Shown piece after piece: positions 9,050 through 18,835 of a stretch of 64,000 nucleotides of DNA; position 1 is the first letter of the stretch, and each line of letters starts with the position of its first letter. Position numbers and translations under genes: made by a program. The notes under the pieces are model-generated. The model did not search any database. It worked only from the letters and a program-made list of their open reading frames with translations, and was not told the origin of the DNA. Source of the stretch: an uncultured Aminicenantes bacterium (GTDB lineage: Bacteria > Acidobacteriota > Aminicenantia > UBA2199); contig CBDAFS010000021.1 of assembly GCA_965195285.1 (NCBI GenBank), forward strand, positions 1-64,000, read 5' to 3'.

Positions 9050-9940
9050 TTATTTCAGAAAAAACAACCAACCTGCTCCGGCAATGGCAACACATGTCCA
9101 GATAATGCTTCTGAGGGAAATGTGTTCCTTATAGATAAAACGGGAAAGCGGTATCAATAAAACCGGTGATATCGCCATTAATGTCGAGGCAATTCCAATG
9201 GGAGCATACAATATGGCCACCAGCGATAAAATCACTCCGATTACCGGGCCCAGAATGGCTCCTCCGACTATTCGCGGAAATATACCGGCCTGCTTCAATT
9301 TCAAGAAATCCGAGAAAAACCGTTTTCTGATCAGAAAATAAACCGTCATAACCAGGGTGGCCGCCATAACCCGGATCAGGTTGGCTGAAATGGGATGAAC
9401 CCCTTCCAGCATCCCCCTTTTGGAAAACAATAATCCGATGGCCTGCCCCATCGCCCCTCCCAGACCGAAGAATACTCCTCTGACCAGGTTTCGAGATTGA
9501 TGGGGGTCACTATTTCGTTTTTCAGCCACCACAAAGGCAATGGAGAGGATGGTAAGGCCAATGGCTGACAGTTGCCATAATCCTAATTTTTCACTTAAGA
9601 ATATCCAGGCCAAACCCACGCTGAAAATCGGAACCGCAGTCATCATCAGCATACCCATCCGGGCTCCGATCAAAACATAGGCTTCAAAGAGCAGGGCATC
9701 CCCGATGAAGAATCCGATCACACCTGAAACAGCCAAAAATAAAAACCCTATAGAGGAAATATCGGGAATCAAACGGTTAAAAATAATTATTTGAATCAAA
9801 ATCAGCAAAAGCAAGGCGCCCCATAATCGTAAATGGTTGACCGATTGAGACCCTATCTTTCTTCCGGCATCACTGAAAAGAATGGAATTAACAGACCAGC
9901 ACAGGGCAGTTAAGACAGCAGCAATTTCTCCTATATACAT
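9050..9940 (-). CDS. DMT/EamA family transporter
   Basis: About ten TM helices in two repeats; GEIAAVLTALCW start. Confidence 0.9.
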   Translation of the reverse strand: MYIGEIAAVLTALCWSVNSILFSDAGRKIGSQSVNHLRLWGALLLLILIQIIIFNRLIPDISSIGFLFLAVSGVIGFFIGDALLFEAYVLIGARMGMLMMTAVPIFSVGLAWIFLSEKLGLWQLSAIGLTILSIAFVVAEKRNSDPHQSRNLVRGVFFGLGGAMGQAIGLLFSKRGMLEGVHPISANLIRVMAATLVMTVYFLIRKRFFSDFLKLKQAGIFPRIVGGAILGPVIGVILSLVAILYAPIGIASTLMAISPVLLIPLSRFIYKEHISLRSIIWTCVAIAGAGWLFFLK

Positions 9941-11623
9941 TCAACCGGTTATTAATTTTTTTTGTTTTTCCATTCTCCCCAGTTCCCGCTCCACAAAGAT
10001 ATCTTCACCGGTAAATGGATTGGTCCCGGTATAAAACATCAGGGTGGAATAAGTGGAGGGGCTGGGGGTGAAAATCTGCACCTGCTCGGGTTTCAGGCGA
10101 AGCTTTTTTAGGGTATAATTTCTCAGGTCATGCATATGCTTCATGTTGCAGCCCGGGTGGGCGGCAATGAAATAATAGGTCAGATATTGTTTTTTACCGG
10201 TTTTTCGGTTTAATTGATTAAAAAGTTTTTTGAATTCATCCAATCCTTTGTTTGCGGGCTTTCCCATTAAACGGAGCACCTCATCCTCTGAATGTTCTGG
10301 TGCCACTTTCAACTGGCCGGAAGTATGATATTTAAGGATTTGTTTCAGGTATTCCTCCCCGGACCTGGTATCGGCCAGCACCAGATCATAGCGAATACCC
10401 GAAGCCACAAACACATTTTTTATATGTTTCATTTTCTGTATCCGGGCCAGCAGACGAATCTGGGCCCGGTGATCGGGTTTCAGGTTAGAACAGACTGCCG
10501 GATACAGGCATGGTTTATTTCGACAAGGGTTTGAACCGGAATTTTTTTCACACTCGATGGCATACATATTGGCCGTAGGGCCGCCCACATCACGAATAAC
10601 GCCCCTGAAGCGGGGATGTTCCGTAAACCGGCGGACTTCCCGGATGATTGATCCTTCACTTCGGGAGATAACCCGGTTTCCCTGATGCACGGGAATGGAA
10701 CAGAAGTGGCATTCACCATAACATCCCCGGTGGGTAGTGATGGAGAAACGGATAGTCTCCAGGGCCCGGACTTTCCCCTTTTTTTTATCCAGCGGATGCA
10801 GGTCACGCTCATAGGGAAATTCATAGATTCGATCGAGTTCCTGGGAACTCAGGGGAAGGGATGGCGGGTTACAGATCAGATATTTTTGATCATGGGCCTG
10901 AAAAAGGCCTTTTGCATTAAGCGAATCATTATTTCTATAGAAGAGATGAAACATTTCCGTAAATTTTTCTTTGTCTTGGTTAACCTCCTGCCATGATGGC
11001 AGGGCCAGATAATCTTTCCGGAAATGATCGGACGCATAACACAGACCTTGTATGCCATTGTATGCTTTTTTGTTTTTTAAGGATTCGGCCAGTTGCAGGA
11101 CTGCTCTCTCCCCCATCCCGTAGATGATCATATCCGCCTTGGCATCAAATAAAATTGATCTTTTGAGTGAATTCGACCAGTGATCATAATGCACAATTCG
11201 CCTGAGACTGGCCTCAATACCTCCCAATACAATGGGAACAGTCTTTTTAAAAAATCTTCTGACCAGTCCGGTATAGACAATACTGGCCCGGTTGGGTCTT
11301 AAATTGTTTTCCCCTCCCGGAGTCAGATCGTCCTTTTGCCTCCTTTTTTTTGAAGCCGTGTAATTGGATACCAGGGAGTCCATGCTCCCGGCGGTAACTC
11401 CCCAGAACAACCGGGGCTCCCCCAGCCGGGTAATATCCCTACCGGAATGGATATCCGGCTGAGCAATGATTCCCACCCGGAAACCGGCATCCATCAATAC
11501 ATGCCCGATCACACTGATTCCCATGTAGGGTGTATCAATATAGGCATCCCCGGTCACCAGGATGATATCCAGTGTATCCCAGTTTAGTTTCTGTACTTCC
11601 TCACGGGTAGCCGGAATAAACAA
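9941..11623 (-). CDS. ygiQ: YgiQ (UPF0313) radical SAM protein
   Basis: VTGDAYIDTP, RGCYGECHFC (CxxxCxxC), DVGGPTANMY, SGQLKVAPEH, YFIAAHPG, EQVQIFTP. Confidence 0.92.
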   Translation of the reverse strand: MFIPATREEVQKLNWDTLDIILVTGDAYIDTPYMGISVIGHVLMDAGFRVGIIAQPDIHSGRDITRLGEPRLFWGVTAGSMDSLVSNYTASKKRRQKDDLTPGGENNLRPNRASIVYTGLVRRFFKKTVPIVLGGIEASLRRIVHYDHWSNSLKRSILFDAKADMIIYGMGERAVLQLAESLKNKKAYNGIQGLCYASDHFRKDYLALPSWQEVNQDKEKFTEMFHLFYRNNDSLNAKGLFQAHDQKYLICNPPSLPLSSQELDRIYEFPYERDLHPLDKKKGKVRALETIRFSITTHRGCYGECHFCSIPVHQGNRVISRSEGSIIREVRRFTEHPRFRGVIRDVGGPTANMYAIECEKNSGSNPCRNKPCLYPAVCSNLKPDHRAQIRLLARIQKMKHIKNVFVASGIRYDLVLADTRSGEEYLKQILKYHTSGQLKVAPEHSEDEVLRLMGKPANKGLDEFKKLFNQLNRKTGKKQYLTYYFIAAHPGCNMKHMHDLRNYTLKKLRLKPEQVQIFTPSPSTYSTLMFYTGTNPFTGEDIFVERELGRMEKQKKLITG

Positions 11624-11723
11624 TTTGTCTCCTGACTTGATTTACATTCTATTTATCCAAAGAAGAATATATAATGATTTTTTCAGATTGTAAACAAAAA
11701 AAGTCAATTCTGAATTAAATAAT

Positions 11724-12233
11724 TCACCAGAGGGGGAAGATGTAAAAATCATAAATGGGATCAAAGTTGAAATCAATGGCGATTTTGAATCCCCGGGGAT
11801 TCATAAGGTATACGGCCGACCATTCGGTCCACTGATTGCCCACCTCCTGGAGAAGATCCAGGGCCCCATCGCTACTCAAAATACCGTTTTGCTGTTCCAG
11901 ACGCTGGTAGATGGTTTCGAATCTCCAGCACTGGAATTGTGTTTCCAGGGGAACATTGTATACGGGTGAGTTGGTCATCACCTGAAAATTTCCAATATGG
12001 GGAATTACTTTCATTTCTCCTTCCGCCGGATCCAGGATAACGGAACGCCCGCTGGCATCCGATACGATGGCATGGACATTCAGTACATCCTGACCACCGC
12101 CGGCAATATTGTATCTCATGGTCAGGGCAACAGCTTCATCGACCGTACTGCATTGATCCAGAACCTTTCTGACCCAGGGCTGGCACCCGATGGTTTCCTT
12201 TTCCGGATCCCTGTAGTATGGCATTGGAGTCAC
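11724..12233 (-). CDS. Ntn-hydrolase (choloylglycine hydrolase/C45-like) C-terminal portion, probably N-truncated
   Basis: RKVLDQCSTVDEAV, HAIVSDASGRSVI, VMTN, RFE, TEWSAVY; the N-terminal nucleophile Cys region is absent. Confidence 0.6.
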   Translation of the reverse strand: MTPMPYYRDPEKETIGCQPWVRKVLDQCSTVDEAVALTMRYNIAGGGQDVLNVHAIVSDASGRSVILDPAEGEMKVIPHIGNFQVMTNSPVYNVPLETQFQCWRFETIYQRLEQQNGILSSDGALDLLQEVGNQWTEWSAVYLMNPRGFKIAIDFNFDPIYDFYIFPLW

Positions 12234-12303
12234 AATTCACCTTTCATAGTTTTATACGGTTGCAGGGGCGGATTCGGACAGAAATGATTGATTTATTTAT
12301 GTG

Positions 12304-12660
12304 TCAGGTTTTGGGTTTGTAGCGGTTTTTATCGGCAAACATGTCAATGACCCGGAAATGGGTGAGGAATTTGGCGCTGTGAACCACTCCTTCGGGGATA
12401 TGATAATTATCTCCAGGGCGGTAAATTTTTGTTTTGGATCCAATGGTCAGCTCCATCTCCCCCTCTACCACAATACCCCACTGTTCCCCATGGCTATGCG
12501 GAGCCACATCCCCGATGGGTTCTATATCCATAAATACGATTTGATGATCCAATGCCTGGGAAATCCAGCCCCTTACCCCTTTAAAAGGGATATCTGCCTC
12601 GGGTAAACTGGTTATCATTTCAGGAAAAGCATTATCTGACATCTTTTGGTACCTCCTCAA
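12304..12660 (-). CDS. Cupin-domain protein
   Basis: PHSHGEQWGIVVEG and YHIPEGVVHSA cupin motifs; true start probably MSDNAF. Confidence 0.88.
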   Translation of the reverse strand: MRRYQKMSDNAFPEMITSLPEADIPFKGVRGWISQALDHQIVFMDIEPIGDVAPHSHGEQWGIVVEGEMELTIGSKTKIYRPGDNYHIPEGVVHSAKFLTHFRVIDMFADKNRYKPKT

Positions 12661-12696
12661 TATGTCTACTTCCGGTATAATTTTAAAAGGATTATT

Positions 12697-13185
12697 TTAT
12701 TTATCGGGTTTTTTTTCGGATATGGGCACTGCCGTGGGCATACCGGGTTTGAAAGTGGGAAATGACTTTCCGGGTGAATCTTCCATATTGACATTACCCT
12801 TGAAAATGGCACCCTCTTTAATGATCAATTTTTTGGAGTTCACATCTCCCAGAAATTCACCATTGGCAAATATTTCAACACGTTCAGTAGCGGTTATATT
12901 CCCTTCGGCTTTACCCTGGATCACTACCTCCCGGGCCTTGATATCGGCATTCACATAGCCCTGGTGTCCGATAATCAATAGTGAGCTGACCTTGATGGTT
13001 CCCTTGACCTTACCCTCAATGGTCACTTCTTCATCAGCCTGAAGGTCTCCATTAATGCTCATTGTGTTACCGATCACTGATTTGGACCCGGATATACCAC
13101 CCGAACCCATGGTTGATATATTAAGGTTTAGATCTGATACCTTATCTTTTTTGTTTGAAATGATGGCCATTTTTTTCTCCTTCAA
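12697..13185 (-). CDS. Bactofilin (polymer-forming cytoskeletal protein)
   Basis: SVIGNTMSINGDL...IEGKVKGTI...IQGKAEGNI...IKEGAIFKGNV beta-helix repeats. Confidence 0.9.
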   Translation of the reverse strand: MKEKKMAIISNKKDKVSDLNLNISTMGSGGISGSKSVIGNTMSINGDLQADEEVTIEGKVKGTIKVSSLLIIGHQGYVNADIKAREVVIQGKAEGNITATERVEIFANGEFLGDVNSKKLIIKEGAIFKGNVNMEDSPGKSFPTFKPGMPTAVPISEKKPDK

Positions 13186-13226
13186 TGATTTAAAACAAAA
13201 TTTCCAGCAGGTTTTATATCAATGTG

Positions 13227-13255
13227 ATTATGAGTAAAAAATAATTTTCTGTCAA
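13227..13255 (-). promoter_or_regulatory. Sigma70-type promoter for the bactofilin gene
   Basis: TTGACA-17 nt-CATAAT on the minus strand. Confidence 0.6.
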
Positions 13256-13291
13256 GGATATTGTTGAAATTCATTCATATTCAATCCGATT

Positions 13292-14467
13292 TTAACCATC
13301 CTGTTTCAACATTTCATACCTGGTTTTAATCAACCCGATATTTTTCATTGACGAACAATGGTGAATGGCCTGTTCCAGAGTATCCCCGATAGAAAGCACA
13401 CCCAGGCCGGACAGTACAACCATTTTATGTCTGACAGCCTGTCTGACGATTTCTCTGACGTGTTCAGCTGGATTGAGTACCGGGATGGAAGGATATAGAA
13501 TTTTCCCTTCGGCATCTACCGGGACAATGGCCTTTTTTCCCCTGGATAAGGCTAAAAACGCCTGAATCAACCCAAAGGGAGAATGGGTAAATATGGCTGA
13601 ACCGGCGCCCGAGTGAAGGTATACCGCCTGATGAAGTGTAGTGAAAAAATGATCAGTTTCCGCCATTAGGGGAACCTGATAGATAACCGGTTTGAAATAG
13701 CGGGGGATGGTTGCCCGTGGAGAAATCAATAGTTGTTTTTCTCTTCTTAGGCTGATCGAACCGGTAAACAGTGGTGACAGTTGAAGTTCAAATAAATCCG
13801 AAGCTATCTGAGAAATTGTCTTTACAATAGAAATATCGTTGATTACCTTCGATTGGCCGGGGATTTTTGAAGGTTTGATATGGGAATAATCTGAAATATC
13901 CTTTGCAGGCGGATTCACTCCCAGTGACTTCAAATTCAACAGTATGGTTGCCGAAAAATCAAGTAATGCCATATGAAATAAAGCCTCATCCAGGCTACCC
14001 CCCCGTACAAATGGCCCATGGGTTTTAACCACCAATGCTGTATGATTCCTTAGTATATCAGGGATCTTTTTTTCCATTTCAGGAGATCCGGCCGGTGATT
14101 TGAATTCCAGTACCGGAACTGATTTTAAATAAAACTGACCAGGCCAATCCACCGGTATGATTTGGGTTTCGAAATAAGACAGCAGGGTGGTGGCAATGGA
14201 ATGACTGTGAATAACCGCATTGCTGTATTCCAGAATCCCCCGGTGACTGCCGGACTCAGAGGATATGTGTGGAATAGCCTGTAATTGATCGGACATATTA
14301 AAATCGATAATATCGGCTGGCATCAGATGACCTTTCATGGACCCGGTTCTGGTCATGTAAATCCTGCGGCCAACTTTCAAGGAAATATTACCGCTGTGGG
14401 TATTCTGTAATTTCAGGTCCAGGAGCACCCGTCCGGCATTTATGATCTGCTGTCTCGGTCTGTTCAT
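13292..14467 (-). CDS. Class II aldolase/adducin family protein with two tandem domains
   Basis: Domain 1: SGNIS, SSE, VIHSHS, KTHG. Domain 2: TGSIS, HQAVY, FTHSP, LSGLG. Confidence 0.85.
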   Translation of the reverse strand: MNRPRQQIINAGRVLLDLKLQNTHSGNISLKVGRRIYMTRTGSMKGHLMPADIIDFNMSDQLQAIPHISSESGSHRGILEYSNAVIHSHSIATTLLSYFETQIIPVDWPGQFYLKSVPVLEFKSPAGSPEMEKKIPDILRNHTALVVKTHGPFVRGGSLDEALFHMALLDFSATILLNLKSLGVNPPAKDISDYSHIKPSKIPGQSKVINDISIVKTISQIASDLFELQLSPLFTGSISLRREKQLLISPRATIPRYFKPVIYQVPLMAETDHFFTTLHQAVYLHSGAGSAIFTHSPFGLIQAFLALSRGKKAIVPVDAEGKILYPSIPVLNPAEHVREIVRQAVRHKMVVLSGLGVLSIGDTLEQAIHHCSSMKNIGLIKTRYEMLKQDG

Positions 14468-14557
14468 GGTCCCGTCCAGAGTTTAGTTTAATTAAATTTT
14501 CAGGGAAAGTCAAAACGTTCATCAAAACCCGATATGGTTTTTGCCAGGAGAAGAATC

Positions 14558-14586
14558 TTGACTCGCCGACTGATATTTGATATTAT
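14558..14586 (+). promoter_or_regulatory. Sigma70-type promoter of the heptose operon, possibly leaderless
   Basis: TTGACT-17 nt-TATTAT with a TGn extension; ATG at 14592 follows after 5 nt with no SD. Confidence 0.55.
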
Positions 14587-14591
14587 TTTTT

Positions 14592-15575
14592 ATGGTCAAT
14601 CACCTGAGAAGTACACTGAAACAATTTCCCGGAAAGGATGTAATCGTCTGGGGTGATATCATTCTTGATGAATATATCTTCACCTCTACTACCCGTATAT
14701 CCCGGGAAGCGCCCGTTTTGGTCACCGAATTTGAATCAAATGACTTCAAAATGGGCGGAGCCGGGAATGTGGTCATGAATATCAAATCCCTGGGAGCCAA
14801 TCCGGTCCCGATCTGTTTTATCGGACAGGATTCCGATGGCAGGGTTTTAAAAAATATATTGTCTGAGAATCAAATTCAAACCGATTTTCTAATTGATCTT
14901 GAACCTTACCTAACTCCCAAGAAAAGCCGTATACTCTCCGGCGGAGAAAATACCAAAAAACAACAGGTTCTTCGTATTGACACAGTTAACAAACAGTTCA
15001 TTGCACCGAAATTGTATAAAAAAATGGAAAACACCTTGATGGAACTTCTGGAAAATATTGATCTGCTGGTTGTGTCTGATTATTTATATCAGACTGCCCA
15101 ACCATCGATTTTGAAAGCAATCAGAAAAAAATTCCCTTCCAAATTAATCGTGGTGGATTCCAGAAACCACCTGTTCAATTTCAAAGATATATCTCTGGCC
15201 ACACCCAATGAACCGGAGTTGAAGAAAATATTCCCGGGCATCAATTTTGACTCTGATGAGGACTACTACCAGGCCGGCAGGGATCTGATGAACCGGATGC
15301 AGGTCTCAGGTATACTTCTGAAGCGTGGAAGCAAAGGCATGGTGGCCTTTGAAAAAAACCAACCAGCCCGGATCATCGATATTTTCGGTGTCAAAGATAT
15401 TGTGGATGGAACCGGTGCCGGAGATACTGTCATTGCGGTTACCAGCCTGGCCTATATGACCGGGGCAAACCTGGTTACATCAGCCAAACTGGCCAGCATG
15501 GCGGCTGGGATAGTGGTAATGAAAGAGGGCGCCTATCCTATCGGATATCAGGAATTGCTGGATGCTTTAAAATAA
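14592..15575 (+). CDS. hldA: D-glycero-beta-D-manno-heptose-7-phosphate kinase (RfaE domain I, PfkB family)
   Basis: GDIILDEY, RISREAPV, GGAGNV, TPNEPE, DGTGAGDTV. Start moved from the track's TTG 14577, which overlaps the promoter, to ATG 14592. Confidence 0.88.
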   Translation: MVNHLRSTLKQFPGKDVIVWGDIILDEYIFTSTTRISREAPVLVTEFESNDFKMGGAGNVVMNIKSLGANPVPICFIGQDSDGRVLKNILSENQIQTDFLIDLEPYLTPKKSRILSGGENTKKQQVLRIDTVNKQFIAPKLYKKMENTLMELLENIDLLVVSDYLYQTAQPSILKAIRKKFPSKLIVVDSRNHLFNFKDISLATPNEPELKKIFPGINFDSDEDYYQAGRDLMNRMQVSGILLKRGSKGMVAFEKNQPARIIDIFGVKDIVDGTGAGDTVIAVTSLAYMTGANLVTSAKLASMAAGIVVMKEGAYPIGYQELLDALK

Positions 15576-15595
15576 ATCACTTACCACCAAGGCCC

Positions 15596-16081
15596 ATGAA
15601 CAGAAAATATTATTCCCTGGATAATTTAAAATTGAAAATCTCTGAACACAAAAAAAACAACAAGACCATTGCACTGGCTAATGGTGGATTCGACCTGCTC
15701 CATGTCGGGCATATTCGATATCTGGAAGCATCCAAAAAAATGGCTGACATCCTGGTGGTTGCACTTAATTCAGATCATTCTTTGCAGAGTTTAAAGGGAT
15801 CGAACCGGCCCATAATCGATGAAAAGGGGCGAATCAAAATGATTTCAGCCCTTTCCTGTGTTGATTATGTAACCCTATTCGATCAAAATCGGGTCGATCA
15901 GGTCCTGATATCCCTGAAACCCGATTTTCACTGCAAAGGAACAGACTACACGGAAGAGACGGTACCGGAACGTGAAACCGTACGATCTTACCATGGCCGT
16001 ATCGCCATAGTCGGTGGAGCCAAGGTGAGGTCCACCTCTGAAATCATCCACCAGATCAGCCAGCTCAATTCAGAGAAATGA
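15596..16081 (+). CDS. hldC: D-glycero-beta-D-manno-heptose 1-phosphate adenylyltransferase (RfaE domain II)
   Basis: NGGFDLLHVGHIRYL, ALNSD, LKGSNRP, KGTDY, RSTS. Confidence 0.9.
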   Translation: MNRKYYSLDNLKLKISEHKKNNKTIALANGGFDLLHVGHIRYLEASKKMADILVVALNSDHSLQSLKGSNRPIIDEKGRIKMISALSCVDYVTLFDQNRVDQVLISLKPDFHCKGTDYTEETVPERETVRSYHGRIAIVGGAKVRSTSEIIHQISQLNSEK

Positions 16082-17112
16082 ACCAGTTAAATTTACCGGA
16101 TTACCAGAATATTGCCATTATCAGGTTATCATCCCTGGGTGACATCATTCATACCCTACCCGCTTTTCAACTTCTCCGCAGACATTTCCCCCGGGCAAAA
16201 ATCAACTGGTTTGCCGAATTGGCAGGGGCCCGGTTGCTGGATAATTTCAACGGGATCGACAACATTGTCACGGTTAATCTGAAAATCAGGGGATTGAAAA
16301 ACAAGATCAGGGAATTGAAAAAGATCCTCAACCAATACAGGAATCAATTCGATCTGATCATTGATTTTCAGGGACTATTAAAATCGGCGGTTCTATCCAG
16401 GTTGTTAAGGAGTCCCGTGATCGGTTTTCACAGGCAGAATCTGAAAGAACCATGGGCCCGGTTTTTCTACAACCGGAAAGCAGATTACTTTGATGAAAAC
16501 CGTCATGTCATCAACAAAAACATTCATTTACTGCATTTACTCAACATTTCCGGAACCGAAATTCACTACCCCAAGAAAAATAAACTGTCCTCCCCCCGGG
16601 TAAAATCATTCCTGCAGCGTCATCAATTGGTATCCGGTACTTTCATCATTTTGAATGTCGGTGGCGGATGGGAATCAAAATTGCTGGATATCGAACAATA
16701 CATCGAGATTGCCGGTAGGCTGAAAACGAAATACCCAATCGTGATTTTATGGGGAAACGAAAAGGAACGCCAACTGGCTGAGCGGATATCCAAGTCCAGC
16801 CAAACCATCATGGGGGTTTATCTGGAATTTCATGAACTCTTTGAACTGATCGGACATTCCGCTCTTATCATCACTGCTGATACCCTGGCCATGCATGCAG
16901 CAGATATGATGAATGTTCCCTCGGTGGGTATTTTCGGTCCCACAGCCCCGGCCAGGAACGGTTCACTCCTGAAAGACAGTGTATCCATATACAATCACCT
17001 GGATTGCAGTTTCTGTTATAAAAAGAAATGTGATACAATGTTATGTTTAAAAACAATCCCTATCGATAAGATCGAAGATCGGGTAAGCAAAATATATGAG
17101 AAATACATCTGA
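16078..17112 (+). CDS. waaC: GT9 lipopolysaccharide heptosyltransferase
   Basis: RLSSLGDIIH, DFQGLLKS, ADTLAMHAA, IFGPT; follows the heptose genes. WaaC versus WaaF assignment is less certain. Confidence 0.8.
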   Translation: MNQLNLPDYQNIAIIRLSSLGDIIHTLPAFQLLRRHFPRAKINWFAELAGARLLDNFNGIDNIVTVNLKIRGLKNKIRELKKILNQYRNQFDLIIDFQGLLKSAVLSRLLRSPVIGFHRQNLKEPWARFFYNRKADYFDENRHVINKNIHLLHLLNISGTEIHYPKKNKLSSPRVKSFLQRHQLVSGTFIILNVGGGWESKLLDIEQYIEIAGRLKTKYPIVILWGNEKERQLAERISKSSQTIMGVYLEFHELFELIGHSALIITADTLAMHAADMMNVPSVGIFGPTAPARNGSLLKDSVSIYNHLDCSFCYKKKCDTMLCLKTIPIDKIEDRVSKIYEKYI

Positions 17113-17644
17113 ATTGATCATCAAGTACCGGTCCTGCGTGGGCATTATCTGTTTGTTCATTGTCCTCTATCTGGCTACTCCTACTCCCGAGTCCATCAGC
17201 CTGGGATTTTTCTTTATCCTGGCGGGAATTTTTTTCAGGGCCTGGTCATCTGGATACATCAACAAAAACAATGAACTGGCTAAGGATGGCCCCTACGCCC
17301 TGACCAAAAACCCCCTGTATTTTGGCAACTTCATTCTGGGTATCGGAATCGCCATTTCCTGTAATCATTTGTGGGCTTACATCATTTTTATCATTTATTA
17401 TCTCATGTTTTTCCCTTTCTTGATGGTGATTGAACACCGCAGGCTGAAAAAAAAATTCAAGAAAGAGTATATCGAATGGTCCAAAAAATCCAACTCTTTT
17501 TTTCCTAAAATAAAAAAAATAAAGGGATTAAATTTCAATATTGCCTACTATATGAAAAACAAGGAATACCGGGTATTGTTTTTTTCCTTTTTTGTGGTGG
17601 CGATCTTAATTTTGAAATATCTGAAAATCATCAAAACCGGGTAA
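17096..17644 (+). CDS. Isoprenylcysteine carboxylmethyltransferase/PEMT family membrane methyltransferase
   Basis: LAKDGPYALTKNPLYFG, EHRRL..KF...Y, FFP motifs and TM helices. Confidence 0.85.
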   Translation: MRNTSELIIKYRSCVGIICLFIVLYLATPTPESISLGFFFILAGIFFRAWSSGYINKNNELAKDGPYALTKNPLYFGNFILGIGIAISCNHLWAYIIFIIYYLMFFPFLMVIEHRRLKKKFKKEYIEWSKKSNSFFPKIKKIKGLNFNIAYYMKNKEYRVLFFSFFVVAILILKYLKIIKTG

Positions 17645-17675
17645 TTCCCGGGTGCTGACTGCCCATTTGATCTGA

Positions 17676-18023
17676 CTAAATCCGGTTAAAATCGTCCTGG
17701 TAACGGACAATATCATCCTCACCCAGATAAGTTCCGGTCTGAATTTCAATGAAAATCATTTCCGAACTGCCCGAATTCTCGATTCGGTGTCGGGCCCGGC
17801 AAGGAATAAAAATCATTTGATTGATAGAAAGACTGTGTTCCTGATCATCCAGAGTGACAATGGCCCGACCCTTGATGATGGTCCAGTTTTCCGACCTTTT
17901 TTCATGACTCTGCAGCGAAAGCCTCCTTCCCGGTTCGACCATTATTCTCTTTATTTTTAAATTGGATTCTTCATGTAGTATTTCAAACCATCCCCAAGGA
18001 CGCTCTTCTTTATAGGTGATCAT
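17676..18023 (-). CDS. Mannose-6-phosphate isomerase type II C-terminal cupin
   Basis: EERPWG, LSLQSH.KRSENW, HRIEN, IEIQTGTYLGEDDIVR. Confidence 0.9.
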   Translation of the reverse strand: MITYKEERPWGWFEILHEESNLKIKRIMVEPGRRLSLQSHEKRSENWTIIKGRAIVTLDDQEHSLSINQMIFIPCRARHRIENSGSSEMIFIEIQTGTYLGEDDIVRYQDDFNRI

Positions 18024-18835
18024 GATACCTGGCTTTCCATAGTGGATTCATGCAGCCGGATGTGTTCGGCCTTACTGGCCTTGCCAGTGGACCTGTCAAT
18101 ATCCAAAACGACCATGTCCATAATCATTTCCTTCTTAGCAACTTCAAAACGATGATTGATACCGGTTAAAAACTTGGATATGATGGGATTCTTCTTCATC
18201 CCGATAATGGAATCCAGGGAACCGATCATCCCCACATCGGTCTGATAGGCGGTACCTCCTGACAGAATCCTCAGATCAGCACTGGGAACATGGGTATGGG
18301 TTCCCAGAACAGCACTCACCTTTCCATCCAGATAGAATCCCATGGCCTGTTTTTCTGCGGATGCTTCCGCATGAAAATCAACCAGGATTATCCTGTTTTT
18401 CACAGTCTTCAAAAGCTCTTTGATGGCCAGGAAAGGATTGTCCACCACCGGTTCCATAAACACCCGACCCTGAAGATTGACAATCGTCACTTTACAGTCA
18501 TTGTCAATCCTGTATTGACAGTAGCCCCTGCCCGGGTTTGACCTGGGAAAATTCAAAGGCCTGATAATAAATTCTTCACTATTCAATAATTCCAGGGCTT
18601 CCTTTTTGTCCCAGACATGATTGCCGCTGGTCATCACATGAACACCGGCATTAAATATCTCCTCAGAGGTTTTGCTGGTAATCCCCAGTCCCCCGGCCAG
18701 GTTTTCTCCGTTGGCAATAAGAAGGTCCGGTTTGTATTTTTTTTTCAATAAGGGTAGTGCCTTTTTCAGAAAATGCCGCCCATATCGTCCGATAATATCC
18801 CCGATAAAAAATATTCTGATGGTATTACTTAGCAT
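18020..18835 (-). CDS. ymdB: YmdB/TIGR00282 metallophosphoesterase
   Basis: IGDIIG, NGEN, TSGNHVWD, DFHAEASAEK, GTHTHV; lies downstream of rny. Confidence 0.93.
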   Translation of the reverse strand: MLSNTIRIFFIGDIIGRYGRHFLKKALPLLKKKYKPDLLIANGENLAGGLGITSKTSEEIFNAGVHVMTSGNHVWDKKEALELLNSEEFIIRPLNFPRSNPGRGYCQYRIDNDCKVTIVNLQGRVFMEPVVDNPFLAIKELLKTVKNRIILVDFHAEASAEKQAMGFYLDGKVSAVLGTHTHVPSADLRILSGGTAYQTDVGMIGSLDSIIGMKKNPIISKFLTGINHRFEVAKKEMIMDMVVLDIDRSTGKASKAEHIRLHESTMESQVS

